Shown in pieces: positions 20,403 to 31,220 of a stretch of DNA of 64,000 nt. The number at the start of each line of letters is the position of its first letter. The stretch's first letter is position 1. This stretch comes from a virus. Under the pieces are notes generated by a model, which made no database searches, was not told where the DNA came from, and saw only the letters and a program-made list of their open reading frames with translations. The stretch is taken from the IMG/VR virus record IMGVR_UViG_3300026549_002454, one strand, 5' to 3'. The translations under genes were made by a program, and so were the position numbers.

Positions 20403-21071
20403 ATGAGTACAAAAACCGCTCCAAACAGTCAGAGGGCTATTCTGACATTCAATGTGTTCTTCAGAGAGGACACGACTACTCAGTCGTTCCTCCCGAGTAT
20501 CGTATCCAAGGATCCCTGCCACTGGGCTGTCTTCCGCAGTGTCTTCGCCGGACGGAAGGACTGTAAGCTGACCATCGTGGACAAGTCGGTAGAGACGCCT
20601 TTCCACTGCTTGCTTGTAGCACTGTTCTGCAAGCAGTTGGAGAGGGAGCTACAGGCTACAATGGAAGGTATTACGCTAATTCTGTCACCGCTGCACAAGG
20701 AGCATCCCGGTGGTACCAACATGACCAACATGCCGTTCGACACGACGACGCACCGAAATGAGTTTCTACAACTGTGCTTCGACAGGGTTATGGGGCGGCA
20801 AATGAAGATTGCGACGAAACGCAACCCGATACTCTGTAGGGACATAAAGATCTCTTCGGGCGAGTATGTGCTCTACCTTCGTTTTGAGGGAGGAGTGGCA
20901 AACGGATGGCAGGCGGACGACAATTATGTTTCTCGGATGTCACCCCAAGAGCTGCTTTCCTTTGCTGACAACAACGTGAAATGCAAGAACATTTTCACGC
21001 ATGGATATAGTCAGAACGGTGTTTTTCTTAATGTAGATTTCTTGACAAAATATCACATGCTCAATCTGTAA
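20403..21071 (+). CDS. Hypothetical protein
   Basis: 222-aa ORF with an AT-rich upstream region; no motif recognised with confidence. Confidence 0.55.
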   Translation: MSTKTAPNSQRAILTFNVFFREDTTTQSFLPSIVSKDPCHWAVFRSVFAGRKDCKLTIVDKSVETPFHCLLVALFCKQLERELQATMEGITLILSPLHKEHPGGTNMTNMPFDTTTHRNEFLQLCFDRVMGRQMKIATKRNPILCRDIKISSGEYVLYLRFEGGVANGWQADDNYVSRMSPQELLSFADNNVKCKNIFTHGYSQNGVFLNVDFLTKYHMLNL

Positions 21072-21141
21072 TTCAATTACCTGGGACTCGGAGGGTGACT
21101 CGAAATGGGTATTACCTCCCGAGTCCTAACCTCCTATAAAA

Positions 21142-21426
21142 TGATAAAAGTAATCACATGATAAAGGTTATCATGGTAATCACGGTTATCACGTGATAAA
21201 GGTAATCATACTTATCACGGTTATCACGTGATAAAGGTAATCATACTTATCATGGTTATCACGTGATAAAGGTAATCATGCTTATCATGGTTATCACATG
21301 ATAAAGGTTATCATACTTATCACGGTTATCACGTGATAAAGGTTATCATGGTAATCACGGTTATCACGTGATAAAGGTAATCATGCTTATCATATGATAA
21401 AGGTAATCACATGATAAAAGTAATCA
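21142..21426. repeat. Tandem array of 35-bp units with palindromic TTATCACGTGATAA junctions
   Basis: Six full units from 21159 (consensus TGATAAAGGT(A/T)ATCATACTTATCACGGTTATCACG) plus partial units on both sides; built from ~9-bp subunits. Confidence 0.95.
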
Positions 21427-21583
21427 ATCGCATAGTTTGAGCCAGTAAAATACTGAGTCTGCGAGAAACTGATGAAAACCCGCTTACGCAAGTTTTATAG
21501 ATGAAATGACATATCCGCTTGAAAACCAGCATACGAACCTAATCATTTGGCTTTGCTACCGCCACGGCAGTCCATTGGGAGTA

Positions 21584-21646
21584 GCAAGTTGTACTTTTGT
21601 ACGTACACTTCGGTTATCACCTCAGCGCACTTCAAAAGTCACTTGC
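21584..21646. mobile_element. Candidate oriT inverted repeat
   Basis: GCAAGTTGTACTTTTG ... CAAAAGTCACTTGC, about 75 bp upstream of mobC. Confidence 0.5.
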
Positions 21647-21720
21647 CAGCAGAGCTGGGGAGGAAAATCGGTCGCAACTCCCTATCCCTTATCAGATGAA
21701 CCATAACTATCCATCCAACT

Positions 21721-22107
21721 ATGAAGAAAAAATGTATCCGTTTGGAAATCCGTCTCACTCCTGATGAGTCGCAGATGTTCCAGAACAAAGCGCAGAACTA
21801 CGGTGGCAACATGAGTGCCATGGTGCGTGATGCCGTCAGACGCTTCGACGACAAACGGACAAGGGGGAAAATTGAGACGATGGAGGCACTGCTTCAGTTC
21901 TATAAAAAATATCAACAACAACTGTCATGGCTCGGCGGCAACTTCAACCAGTGTATGCACCGGGCAAACGAGCTGGCGATAGCCGGTGAACTTTCCGAGG
22001 AGTACTTCCGAAGCATCCTGTTTCCGGAGACCCGAAAGGCTGTCAAGGCTATAATGGCTGTCAAAGCTGAACTGGATGACATTCACGACAAGCAAGAAGA
22101 GACATAA
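21721..22107 (+). CDS. mobC: MobC-type relaxosome accessory protein (RHH)
   Basis: RLEIRLTPDE...NMSAMVRDAV and LSWLGGNFNQCMHRAN (GxNxNQ motif); directly upstream of the relaxase. Confidence 0.8.
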   Translation: MKKKCIRLEIRLTPDESQMFQNKAQNYGGNMSAMVRDAVRRFDDKRTRGKIETMEALLQFYKKYQQQLSWLGGNFNQCMHRANELAIAGELSEEYFRSILFPETRKAVKAIMAVKAELDDIHDKQEET

Positions 22108-22126
22108 CCATTAGCTTTATATCGAC

Positions 22127-23428
22127 ATGATCATCACCATTCTTCCATCTTCCGCTAACTTCCATGCCATCGCCTACAATGAGATGAAGGTAGAGAAAGG
22201 TGTGGCTACGCTCCTGGAGGCACAGAACATCCTTGGGCTCAGACCGGAGAACTACACGTTCGAAAAGCTCCGGCAGTTTTTCCTCGACTACTCATCGAGG
22301 AACACACACATCCAGAATGCTCAGTTCCATGTAGCGGTCAGCTGCAAGGGGAGCGAGTTCACCCATGAGCAGCTGCTTGACATCGCGCACCGTTATCTCA
22401 AGGAGATGGGATACGCGGAGGAGGGGCAGCCGCTGCTCGTCTATGCCCATCATGACACGGACAACAACCACATCCATATCATTACATCCCGTGTGGCTCC
22501 CGACGGGCATAAGATTGACCATAACCACGAGAAACGGCGTTCGCATCAGGTGACACAGAAGATAATGGAGGAATACACGGGGCAGAAGCAGGAGCCGGAA
22601 GTCAACGACATCGTCAAAGAGGCACTTGCTTATCGCTACACGTCCAAGGCGCAGTTCTGTGCCATCATGGAGAGCTTGGGTTATGACTGCAAGGATGATG
22701 ACGAGAAACCGCTCATACATCTGTATCGTGGTGGGGGAGAGCTGGGTACGATACAGGTGCAACTCATCATGCAGCACGCACTGAAAGAGAACAAGCCTGA
22801 CAATCGTCGTCGTCAGCAGCTGCGTGCCATCCTTCAGAAGTACCGTAATCTCAGTGCCAACAAAGAGGAGCTCGCTGCCCACATGAAGAAGAAGTTTGGC
22901 ATCAGTCTGGTGTTCTTCGGTCAGAAAGACAGCCCATACGGCTACGCCGTAGTAGATCATAAGAACAAGACCGTCTTCAAGGGAGGCGAGTTCCTCAGCA
23001 TCAAAGAGCTACTGCAGTTCGAGAATGCTGACACCCGGTTTGCCAAGATTGAAAAGACGATCGACGAGTTGTTGGCCGACAATCCGAAGCTCACCACGCT
23101 CGACATCAACCGCATCCTCTACCGGCAGTTTGGCACACGTATCCACAAGGGTACCGTGTCATGGAACGGGGAGACCATCAAATTGAAAGAGTCCGTTGTC
23201 CGTCAGCTCCATGCCAACTACTTGGAGTCAAAAGGCATCGCCAAGGTAGCAAGACCTGCTCATCCTCAGGCAGAACAGAAACCACAACAGTCATCATCCG
23301 CGCCTCGTCCTTCTGTGAATAGTAATGCCGGTTCCAAAGATGCCAATCGTGAATACGAGGTTGGCGGTAACATGAACGTGAATGATGTTGATGATGAATA
23401 CAGTCAGCGTATGAAGTGGAAACGATAA
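22127..23428 (+). CDS. Relaxase/mobilisation nuclease (MOBP-like)
   Basis: AIAYNEMKV catalytic-Tyr motif, QFHVAVSCKG, and HUH motif VYAHHDTDNNHIHIITSRV. Confidence 0.9.
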   Translation: MIITILPSSANFHAIAYNEMKVEKGVATLLEAQNILGLRPENYTFEKLRQFFLDYSSRNTHIQNAQFHVAVSCKGSEFTHEQLLDIAHRYLKEMGYAEEGQPLLVYAHHDTDNNHIHIITSRVAPDGHKIDHNHEKRRSHQVTQKIMEEYTGQKQEPEVNDIVKEALAYRYTSKAQFCAIMESLGYDCKDDDEKPLIHLYRGGGELGTIQVQLIMQHALKENKPDNRRRQQLRAILQKYRNLSANKEELAAHMKKKFGISLVFFGQKDSPYGYAVVDHKNKTVFKGGEFLSIKELLQFENADTRFAKIEKTIDELLADNPKLTTLDINRILYRQFGTRIHKGTVSWNGETIKLKESVVRQLHANYLESKGIAKVARPAHPQAEQKPQQSSSAPRPSVNSNAGSKDANREYEVGGNMNVNDVDDEYSQRMKWKR

Positions 23429-23612
23429 ACAAAAGGCACCTGATTTCGGAATCACTTCCATCACGAAATCTGGAAAATGTAATGGTTATTCAACTGCCTA
23501 GTCAGGTGCCAGTCCAACGCCGTATTTAGTCTACTCTTATTTTCTGGACACTTTTTACGAATTACTCTATATATTATATCGAATTAGAGTTGAAGAATTT
23601 GAAACTTGCCAA

Positions 23613-24650
23613 CTATATATATGGCAAATTATTAGTAAAAGGGTCGTCAATTCTTGTCTCTTTAGAATCTTCAATACAAAAAATGTCATCAAGCCTAATA
23701 TTATAAGTTTTTGCAGGCGCATTGTCTGCGTGTATAACATATTTTAAATCTATTTTTTTAACTTGGTCAAAATCTATTTTATCAAATGTTAACTTTATGG
23801 ACATATTATATTTTTTAATACCAGGCAATAAAGGGTTGTATCTATATGGGCCATATAATCTTTGTCCACCATTAAAACCTGTTAAGTCGTGAACTGTATT
23901 GTCTCCAAAAAATACTCCCATGCCTTCTTCCGTCATCTTATATTGATCTTCTTCATTTATTATTTCTTTCGGAAGGTATAAGAAGAAGTTTATATATTGT
24001 GCTAAAATCTGCCCTTCATTAATAAGCGATACGTTAAGAGTATAACTATCACTTATAGACTTTTTTTCAGGCAATCTTTTGATTCCCATTAGAGAACCTT
24101 TGTGAATTATTTCTATCGTTTTTTTGTGAAGTTCGAATGATAATTTTACGATGGGAGTTTTTGATCGATTCATTACATCTCTTATTTCATAATCTTCCAT
24201 CTTATCAACTACAGCATTTCTCCTTTTATAATACAGATAGTTTAATTTGTCTTGATGAGCTGTATAACTTTGAGGTATATTCAAGACAAATATTCCCCCT
24301 TCTTCCCCCATATTTAGGTATAAAATTTCTATATCTTCTATTTTGGGCTGTATAATGGTAGCAAGCAATTGAGTTAATTGATCTTTTTTCATTTCAGTTG
24401 CAGGTATAGGACATATATCTATGGGAATGGAACTGCCTTCTGGAGAACCTTTTTTGTTTTCTTTTTCTTTGATGCCATAGATTATAGTACCTCCATTAGA
24501 ATTTGCCATTGCGCTTACATCCTTTGCAAGTTCTTCTTTCCAATGGGGATTTTGCTTTGCAAAATTGCGTTTGTACTCTAAAGTTGTAGATTCTTCTACA
24601 CCTCCGTCAATTAATGCCTTTATATCTTCTATATTTTTAATTGTACTCAT
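23613..24650 (-). CDS. AlbA_2 (Schlafen-like) domain protein
   Basis: EESTTLEYK...ELAKDVSAMANSNGGTIIYGIKE...YYKRRN; ATG at 24650 preferred. Confidence 0.85.
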   Translation of the reverse strand: MSTIKNIEDIKALIDGGVEESTTLEYKRNFAKQNPHWKEELAKDVSAMANSNGGTIIYGIKEKENKKGSPEGSSIPIDICPIPATEMKKDQLTQLLATIIQPKIEDIEILYLNMGEEGGIFVLNIPQSYTAHQDKLNYLYYKRRNAVVDKMEDYEIRDVMNRSKTPIVKLSFELHKKTIEIIHKGSLMGIKRLPEKKSISDSYTLNVSLINEGQILAQYINFFLYLPKEIINEEDQYKMTEEGMGVFFGDNTVHDLTGFNGGQRLYGPYRYNPLLPGIKKYNMSIKLTFDKIDFDQVKKIDLKYVIHADNAPAKTYNIRLDDIFCIEDSKETRIDDPFTNNLPYI

Positions 24651-24661
24651 TTTTTCACCTA

Positions 24662-27487
24662 TTAAATGATTGACCATTTGAAGCGGATAAAATCTTCATA
24701 AGTCACGTTGTTTTCGAGTGACTTTTCAAAAGTCTCCTGCTTTTGATCTACATAATCATTATATCTATCCTCTTCATCTCTGAGCTTATCTCTCTTCTGA
24801 GCTAAAGTTTTCTGAATCTCCTTAAACTTACTCATAAGTTGAATCCGGTTCCTTGCATTTCGTTCTTTTCGTAGAGCAGTTCTTAATGCTCTTTGTTGAT
24901 GCTCTAAATCTCGGATCTCGTCTTCTAATGGAGTCATCATTTCGTCAACCCAGTCAGTCAGTTTATCTATTTCATCGTTAACAAAATCATTGCTTCTGCT
25001 TTCTACCTGTTCTTTATAAGCTGATAGCCTCTTTTCAAACATACGCTCTTCACTTCTTGCATCGGTAATGGTTGTAGGATTATCTTCAACACAAGAAAGT
25101 TCCATCAATTTCTCACCAAAATCTTCAGGCATCTCTTCTCCTTGTGAGTTAGTACAACAGAACATTACCTTTTCTTCTCCATCATACTTGTTGTCAGAAT
25201 GTACTTTATATGCGACGCATGTGCCAGACTCGCCTATATGCTGTTCAATAACATTTAGATGATACTTGTAATGGCTCTTGTCAAATGTAAGCATAGCATC
25301 ATCTGTTTGCATATTCTTGCCAGTGTCAAGGATATATTTGCCTAATTCAGTCTCCAGTCTTAGTGGTTTAGCATCAGACTCTGTTTTGCTTAATGTGTAC
25401 TTTTCTTCTTTTCCATCTTTTTCACTTAATTCAAAAGTAAGTGCTTTTGTGTCTATATTAGATGCTTTCGAACCAAGAATTGCCAAGGCAAGGTTCCAAA
25501 GATGCCTTTTGAATAAGCTTACCATATCAGCATCGTTGTCTTGTCTGATTTTAAGTTTGTCAATGACATCTTCATCAAAGTTTTCTATAAGAAACTTCTT
25601 GGTTTGTTTTATCCTATCATTGATGACATCTTCCAAATCTGATTGCAGCAGATCGAATGCTGTTTGTATCTCATCTTTAGTCCTGCAATTCTGATAGATT
25701 TGGTTTAGTCGTTTTTCAAAGTCTACTCCAGATTCTAACGAACCAAGTATTTCATCACTACTTCCGAAAACTCCGTCAAAGAGGTTGAACTTATCTTTTA
25801 ATAGTTCATACGTTCTTTCCTCTGCCTGATTGCTCTCGTTGACAAAATTAATTACGACGACATCAAACTTCTGACCATATCGATGGCATCTGCCAATCCG
25901 CTGTTCTATACGCTGCGGATTCCATGGCATATCATAATTGACTACTAACGAGCAGAACTGGAGGTTTATACCTTCGGCACCTGCTTCTGTGGCAATCATT
26001 ATTTCAGCATTCGTCTTAAAGTAGTCAACAAGTGCCTGCTTCCTGTCGATGATAGAGTTTCCTGATATTTCATTTATATGCTCAGGATTCTTCAACCAAG
26101 TATGATAAATATATTTTGAAAATTCATCATTATTGGTTCCATTAAAACAAACTATTTTATTTGCATAACCATTCTCAGAAAGGATATCCTTTAAGTACTC
26201 TTGTGTTCTTCTGCTCTCTGTAAAGATTAGAGCCTTTTTCTGAGCTCCTAACTCACGCATTTTGTCGAAGCCTTTTTCAAGGGCTTTTAGCAAATGCATG
26301 GCTTTAGTCTCTACTTTAATGTTTAAAGCATCCTGACGGTAACTTTCAAGTTCTTTTATTTCTTCATCAAGTTTATCGGTATTATCTACCTCAATGTCTC
26401 CTTCTTCTATCTTTATTTCGTCATTTTCATCTTCACCCTCTATATCGTTGTCATGACCGATTTTAACGTAACCAGTCTTTTGAGCTTCTTTTAAACGTTT
26501 AATGAACTTTTCCAGAGTGAAACTAAGGGCATAAGCCGATGAGCCCATTATCTTCCTAAGTAACAGGGATAATAAAGCACGGTTCTTTTCAGGAATGCCA
26601 TAAGTGTCATCACGCTGTAGATAGTTGTTAAGCTCATCATACAACTTTTGTTCTGCATCTGAAGGAGTATAATTTTCAAGTATAGCAGAACGCTTTGTAT
26701 AGTTGACGTATTCCTTTACTTGTTTGCGTAATGTTCGATGGATTATTTTTATCAGCCTTGAACGTAATTCTCCATACCTAGCACTATCACGTGTGGTTAC
26801 GGCATTATACCTTTCTGAGAACACTTTTGGCGAAGTAAAGAAGTCATCATCTACAATACTTACCAAGCCATATAGTTCTTTGAGATTGTTTTGTAGCGGT
26901 GTGGCTGTTAAAAGTAGCTTTTTACATGGCTTTAATGTATTCTTTATAACATTGCCAATAACATTGCCCTTCTGATAAACATTCCGTAGCTTGTGAGCTT
27001 CATCCATAACGACCAAGTCCCACATAACCATCTTGAATTCATCAGCATGGTGTACAAAGAACTGATAAGAGCATATTATAATCTCCTCTTTGTTCTGTAA
27101 TGGTGATTTTCCTTTTGCCTTTAGTTCCTCATATTTGTTCTTTACCAATATTGTAGAAGGCAAATAGAATTTTTCCATAAGCTCAATACTCCATTGGTTT
27201 CTTAATGAAGCAGGTACAATGATAAGTATTTGCCGCTTATGTTCTGCCCAAAATTGAGACAAGATGATTCCTGCCTCAATGGTTTTACCAAGACCCACTT
27301 CGTCTGCAAGTATTGCGCCCTTACTTAATGGGGAATGGAACGCAAACAAAGCTGCCTCTATCTGATGTGGATTGAGGTCAACCTTTGCTTCTGATAGTAC
27401 GCCTACGAACTTGTTGTCATCAGCTGTTGAGCGTCTGCGAGTCAAATCCCAGGCGTAGTACTTTATTTGTTGTGGGGATAGCTTCAT
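24662..27487 (-). CDS. SNF2/RapA-like helicase with C-terminal coiled coil
   Basis: LNPHQ, ILADEVGLGKTIEAG, DEAH, LLTATPLQN, ATEAGAEGINLQ, DMPWNPQRIEQRIGRCHRYGQ. Confidence 0.9.
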   Translation of the reverse strand: MKLSPQQIKYYAWDLTRRRSTADDNKFVGVLSEAKVDLNPHQIEAALFAFHSPLSKGAILADEVGLGKTIEAGIILSQFWAEHKRQILIIVPASLRNQWSIELMEKFYLPSTILVKNKYEELKAKGKSPLQNKEEIIICSYQFFVHHADEFKMVMWDLVVMDEAHKLRNVYQKGNVIGNVIKNTLKPCKKLLLTATPLQNNLKELYGLVSIVDDDFFTSPKVFSERYNAVTTRDSARYGELRSRLIKIIHRTLRKQVKEYVNYTKRSAILENYTPSDAEQKLYDELNNYLQRDDTYGIPEKNRALLSLLLRKIMGSSAYALSFTLEKFIKRLKEAQKTGYVKIGHDNDIEGEDENDEIKIEEGDIEVDNTDKLDEEIKELESYRQDALNIKVETKAMHLLKALEKGFDKMRELGAQKKALIFTESRRTQEYLKDILSENGYANKIVCFNGTNNDEFSKYIYHTWLKNPEHINEISGNSIIDRKQALVDYFKTNAEIMIATEAGAEGINLQFCSLVVNYDMPWNPQRIEQRIGRCHRYGQKFDVVVINFVNESNQAEERTYELLKDKFNLFDGVFGSSDEILGSLESGVDFEKRLNQIYQNCRTKDEIQTAFDLLQSDLEDVINDRIKQTKKFLIENFDEDVIDKLKIRQDNDADMVSLFKRHLWNLALAILGSKASNIDTKALTFELSEKDGKEEKYTLSKTESDAKPLRLETELGKYILDTGKNMQTDDAMLTFDKSHYKYHLNVIEQHIGESGTCVAYKVHSDNKYDGEEKVMFCCTNSQGEEMPEDFGEKLMELSCVEDNPTTITDARSEERMFEKRLSAYKEQVESRSNDFVNDEIDKLTDWVDEMMTPLEDEIRDLEHQQRALRTALRKERNARNRIQLMSKFKEIQKTLAQKRDKLRDEEDRYNDYVDQKQETFEKSLENNVTYEDFIRFKWSII

Positions 27488-30400
27488 AATTCACGGAAAA
27501 TTTGAATACTGTATTCTGATGTCATTTTTTTGAAATCATCAGAAGTTTTACTACTCCAATAATTTTCAACAAGTTTATCACATTTTGCTTTCAAATGACT
27601 ATCTTCGTCAATGTCTGCTTCCGCGCCATATATATCACGAATGTCCCTGTCAAAATTAATCTCTAAATCTTTGAGGGCAATTCTTATTATTGTATATCGA
27701 TTGGTATTACTTGCATTCATGTATTTATGTTGCATCTTGGTAATACCAATTGGCGCAAACTTGTTTCTATCTATCTCCTTATCATTGACAACAGATATTT
27801 TCACAAGTTTATTGGGCATCACTTTTATGTCATACCCATTTTTCTCTCCCTCAGTCTTCTCTAATCTTTGATATTGGTGGTTTTCTTTTTTAAGCAACCC
27901 TTCATAGAGTTTTATCCCTAAATAGTGCAATGTTTTACGTACTAGGGTCTTTGAAGAAGGTTCATCGAAATCCAATCCCGTAGGAATATCTAAGCTTTCT
28001 TCAAAATCAATCCCACTATTATAATCAATGTCTACGGTGTTGCCAATATAGGCGTATTTATCCTTGTTTTTTCGCCATTCACGGAATTCGTTTAGTTCCT
28101 CTTCAAATTCTCCTTCTGATGTTCCATTAAACTCATCTAATAAAATTTTAGCTTTCTTCGCATCTTCAAGATTTCCTCCATAAAGATCAACAATTTCATT
28201 GTTGTCTAATACTTGCTGTTGAGCTGCTTCGGTTGCCTTCTTCTCTTGCTCTTCGCGTGCTTTCCTACCAAAATCCAAATAACTTTCTATTTTCACATTG
28301 GGCTTATAACCTAAGCTGTGAAATTCCTCAATTGTCAAGTCCTCTGGATTGCATAGTTGACCAAGTGAATTGTATATCCACTTTGACTGTGCCAGTTGCT
28401 TGAATATATCTGTTATCCCCAATTCTTTAGTGTAGTTTCGGGTATAAGTGTATCTATAAGGTTGATATTTGAAAAAGTTACCAGAATCCTTAATAATATT
28501 ATTCCACATTATTTTGGAGTTTACTGCTGACTTTGTACTCCCCCAAAAACTTTCTATACGGTAATTGTGCACAATTTTAGTGTCAACTTGATATTCGATA
28601 CACTTTATGCATGGATGGTTTGTATTGATATTGATAGCATGGATAAATGTTTTTATTTCGTCTTTATTCCATTCATCATTACCTTTAGTATAGAAATCAA
28701 AATCGAACTCATGAAGGCTATCGTCCCCTTTAAAATATTGCCTTAAATCGTCGTTGCCTTCGTAAAGTTCTTCACTACAGTAGTAAATGCCATCTACAGC
28801 CTTGAACTTTATTTGCTTAGCAATCAATTCTGTCAAGTCGTCTATTGTAATTCCGTTAAACTCTCGATTATCAGAATTCGTATCCCATTCCCATTCTCTG
28901 TTGTTCATATCTTTTTTAAAATCAAAGTAGATATGAATTAAAGAGATAAAATCAGTAGTTGCTGTATCATCTTCTATTTTGTTGCCTTCGTGGTAGTGAG
29001 GTACTATAGTCGTTCTTATAAAATCAATGATGTTAGGTTGAGACATGTGGAGCGTGTACACAAAGAACTCTCTGTACTTTATGTAACTTGCCATAGATAC
29101 GAAATCGTATGGGGCATTGACATTATTGTCATTTGAGAATAATGGCAAATAAACCAGTTCATTATCATCTTCATCTTGTGGAGCTTTCCATTCTCCTTTT
29201 TGAGTCTTTATGATAGGAGAATGAAGAAACTCTTTTGCAACATCAGCTTTCTTGATATAATTATACAACTTCTCAACCCACTCGTCTGATTGGGCATCCA
29301 TGAACTCCGATGTCAAGCCTTTGGCAAACATGGTATTCGTGAATTCCTGGATGCCTAATACATTAATTTGATATTCCCTGATATTATAATCGAAAGAACC
29401 TCTTATAAAATCCTTATTGCGCATTTGTACTACTATGGTTTGGAGAGTAGAGGCCGTCGCGTTTAAAGGTTGTTCCCCATCTTTAAGGAGTAAATTTAAT
29501 TGTTCCTTTGTGACTATGCTACGTATTTTTATATCGGATCTTAGTACATCATATATTGAAAGGTAGTCTCCACTATTAGTATATATTATGTCTTCGCTTT
29601 TTACTTTTTGTGTAAAAAGTTTATAAAAAATTGATATGTCTAATGTCTCCCCTCGAACAGTTTGCCCTTTAATATACTGAGGATTAGCATATTCAACAGG
29701 GATGATGTCAAATAAATTGCTTGTTAATAATGGCTTATCGTTCTCTACCCCAATATCCCTAAGGAGCAGCATGGAATCAGCAGCCAGCTTTGCCAGTTCT
29801 TCAATAAAAGTTTGATTAACATCAGAATCTGGCAACAAACCATCACGATTATCTGTTGTAAGGAATGGAGCATGCGAAATAAAAGGCATACCAAAAGACA
29901 CTGAAGTTTGGAAAAAGCAAAATACTTTCCTTTTAGTCTTAGTGTCTAAACTACCGTCTTCCTTTAGGTAGAACCCAACATAAATATGATAAGTGTTGCT
30001 TTCTATACTGACATTACGAGAAAACATATATATGTTGTTTTCTTCTTCGTTGTTTCTTTCGTTTATCAATGAACATTCTATATTATGCTTTTCGTCATGC
30101 AGAATGTGTCGCTCTGACTTTGTATAATCATGGAATGAATCTTCTGAATCTTCTTTCCATTTGATTTCCTTTAGATTACGAAGAAACAAGATAGGAGATT
30201 TTAAACTGTTCAAACGCGCTTTAATATATGAATAGCCTTTTTCCTTGTCTTTAAAAGGTATGAAGAAAAGTGTCTGACCATCTTCTCTACCTCTAAAATC
30301 ATGATTTAATAAAGTAGGTACTATATAATTATCAATACGGAACTTAAAGGTATCATCATAAATCTCTGGAGCTTCTGTGTATTGGAATACAGATTTAAAG

Positions 30401-31161
30401 CCTACACCAAATTTGCCAATAGTATTGACACCATTTTTGGCATTATGCCCTATGTTTACTATGGCATTAATATCTCCAAGTTTAACGCTTTTGTCTTTTC
30501 TGTCCGTTATATTAAAATGGCGTGTTCCATTATGCACAAAGATTAATCCGTCTTTGCGTAAAATGAATTTCGCTGAAGTAGCCTGAGCGTCATCGGCATT
30601 TTGCAAAAGCTCATAGACGAAGTGGGCTGATTCCGGGTATTTGCTCACCACGCTTTCCCAAAATCCCTCATAGTCCTCGTCCATGAACGTTTCCAAATCA
30701 TTCTGTTTTCTTTCGTGAAGTTCTTGGAAGAGTCTTTTCTCTTCTTTCGTCATACTATGCCGAGCATGATTGGTTGTCAGCAACTTTCCATTATAAGTCA
30801 TTTCGTTAATTGCTATTAGGCTTTCAAAATCCAGCTTTATTTGACAATAGTTATTGGCATTCAAACGCTCATTGATAGGTGCAAGTGTACATGAGAACTT
30901 ATAAAAGCCTTTGCCCTTTATTCTAAAGCGAGCCGGAACCTTAAACTCTACAGCCTTACGAATAAAAGGATATGTCATGAGAATAGAAGAACCAGGTACT
31001 TTTACATGTTTTATATACCCACAATAGAAAGAAGCTACTCTTTGTTCTGGCAAAAATTCACCATAGAAACTGAAAGAATAAGTCTTCCAATATCTTTTCA
31101 AGAAATCTATCATCTCTTTATCTGACAGATTCTTTATATCATTAATTGTGTTGTATACCAT
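27484..31161 (-). CDS. Sacsin/NO VEIN-like GHKL ATPase, possibly with a C-terminal PD-(D/E)xK-like domain
   Basis: FVYELLQNADDA, VHNG, IGKFGVGFKSVF, HAPFLTTDNRDG; C-terminal GYDIKV; stop overlaps the SNF2 start. Confidence 0.8.
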   Translation of the reverse strand: MVYNTINDIKNLSDKEMIDFLKRYWKTYSFSFYGEFLPEQRVASFYCGYIKHVKVPGSSILMTYPFIRKAVEFKVPARFRIKGKGFYKFSCTLAPINERLNANNYCQIKLDFESLIAINEMTYNGKLLTTNHARHSMTKEEKRLFQELHERKQNDLETFMDEDYEGFWESVVSKYPESAHFVYELLQNADDAQATSAKFILRKDGLIFVHNGTRHFNITDRKDKSVKLGDINAIVNIGHNAKNGVNTIGKFGVGFKSVFQYTEAPEIYDDTFKFRIDNYIVPTLLNHDFRGREDGQTLFFIPFKDKEKGYSYIKARLNSLKSPILFLRNLKEIKWKEDSEDSFHDYTKSERHILHDEKHNIECSLINERNNEEENNIYMFSRNVSIESNTYHIYVGFYLKEDGSLDTKTKRKVFCFFQTSVSFGMPFISHAPFLTTDNRDGLLPDSDVNQTFIEELAKLAADSMLLLRDIGVENDKPLLTSNLFDIIPVEYANPQYIKGQTVRGETLDISIFYKLFTQKVKSEDIIYTNSGDYLSIYDVLRSDIKIRSIVTKEQLNLLLKDGEQPLNATASTLQTIVVQMRNKDFIRGSFDYNIREYQINVLGIQEFTNTMFAKGLTSEFMDAQSDEWVEKLYNYIKKADVAKEFLHSPIIKTQKGEWKAPQDEDDNELVYLPLFSNDNNVNAPYDFVSMASYIKYREFFVYTLHMSQPNIIDFIRTTIVPHYHEGNKIEDDTATTDFISLIHIYFDFKKDMNNREWEWDTNSDNREFNGITIDDLTELIAKQIKFKAVDGIYYCSEELYEGNDDLRQYFKGDDSLHEFDFDFYTKGNDEWNKDEIKTFIHAININTNHPCIKCIEYQVDTKIVHNYRIESFWGSTKSAVNSKIMWNNIIKDSGNFFKYQPYRYTYTRNYTKELGITDIFKQLAQSKWIYNSLGQLCNPEDLTIEEFHSLGYKPNVKIESYLDFGRKAREEQEKKATEAAQQQVLDNNEIVDLYGGNLEDAKKAKILLDEFNGTSEGEFEEELNEFREWRKNKDKYAYIGNTVDIDYNSGIDFEESLDIPTGLDFDEPSSKTLVRKTLHYLGIKLYEGLLKKENHQYQRLEKTEGEKNGYDIKVMPNKLVKISVVNDKEIDRNKFAPIGITKMQHKYMNASNTNRYTIIRIALKDLEINFDRDIRDIYGAEADIDEDSHLKAKCDKLVENYWSSKTSDDFKKMTSEYSIQIFREL

Positions 31162-31220
31162 ATCTGATTATTCTTTATAAACTTAATCGTTCTCTTAAAA
31201 GATTTATTTTACCCTATAGA

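Noticed and set aside
21142..21426. CRISPR array
   Set aside because: Units are contiguous with no unique spacers, and there are no cas genes in the window.
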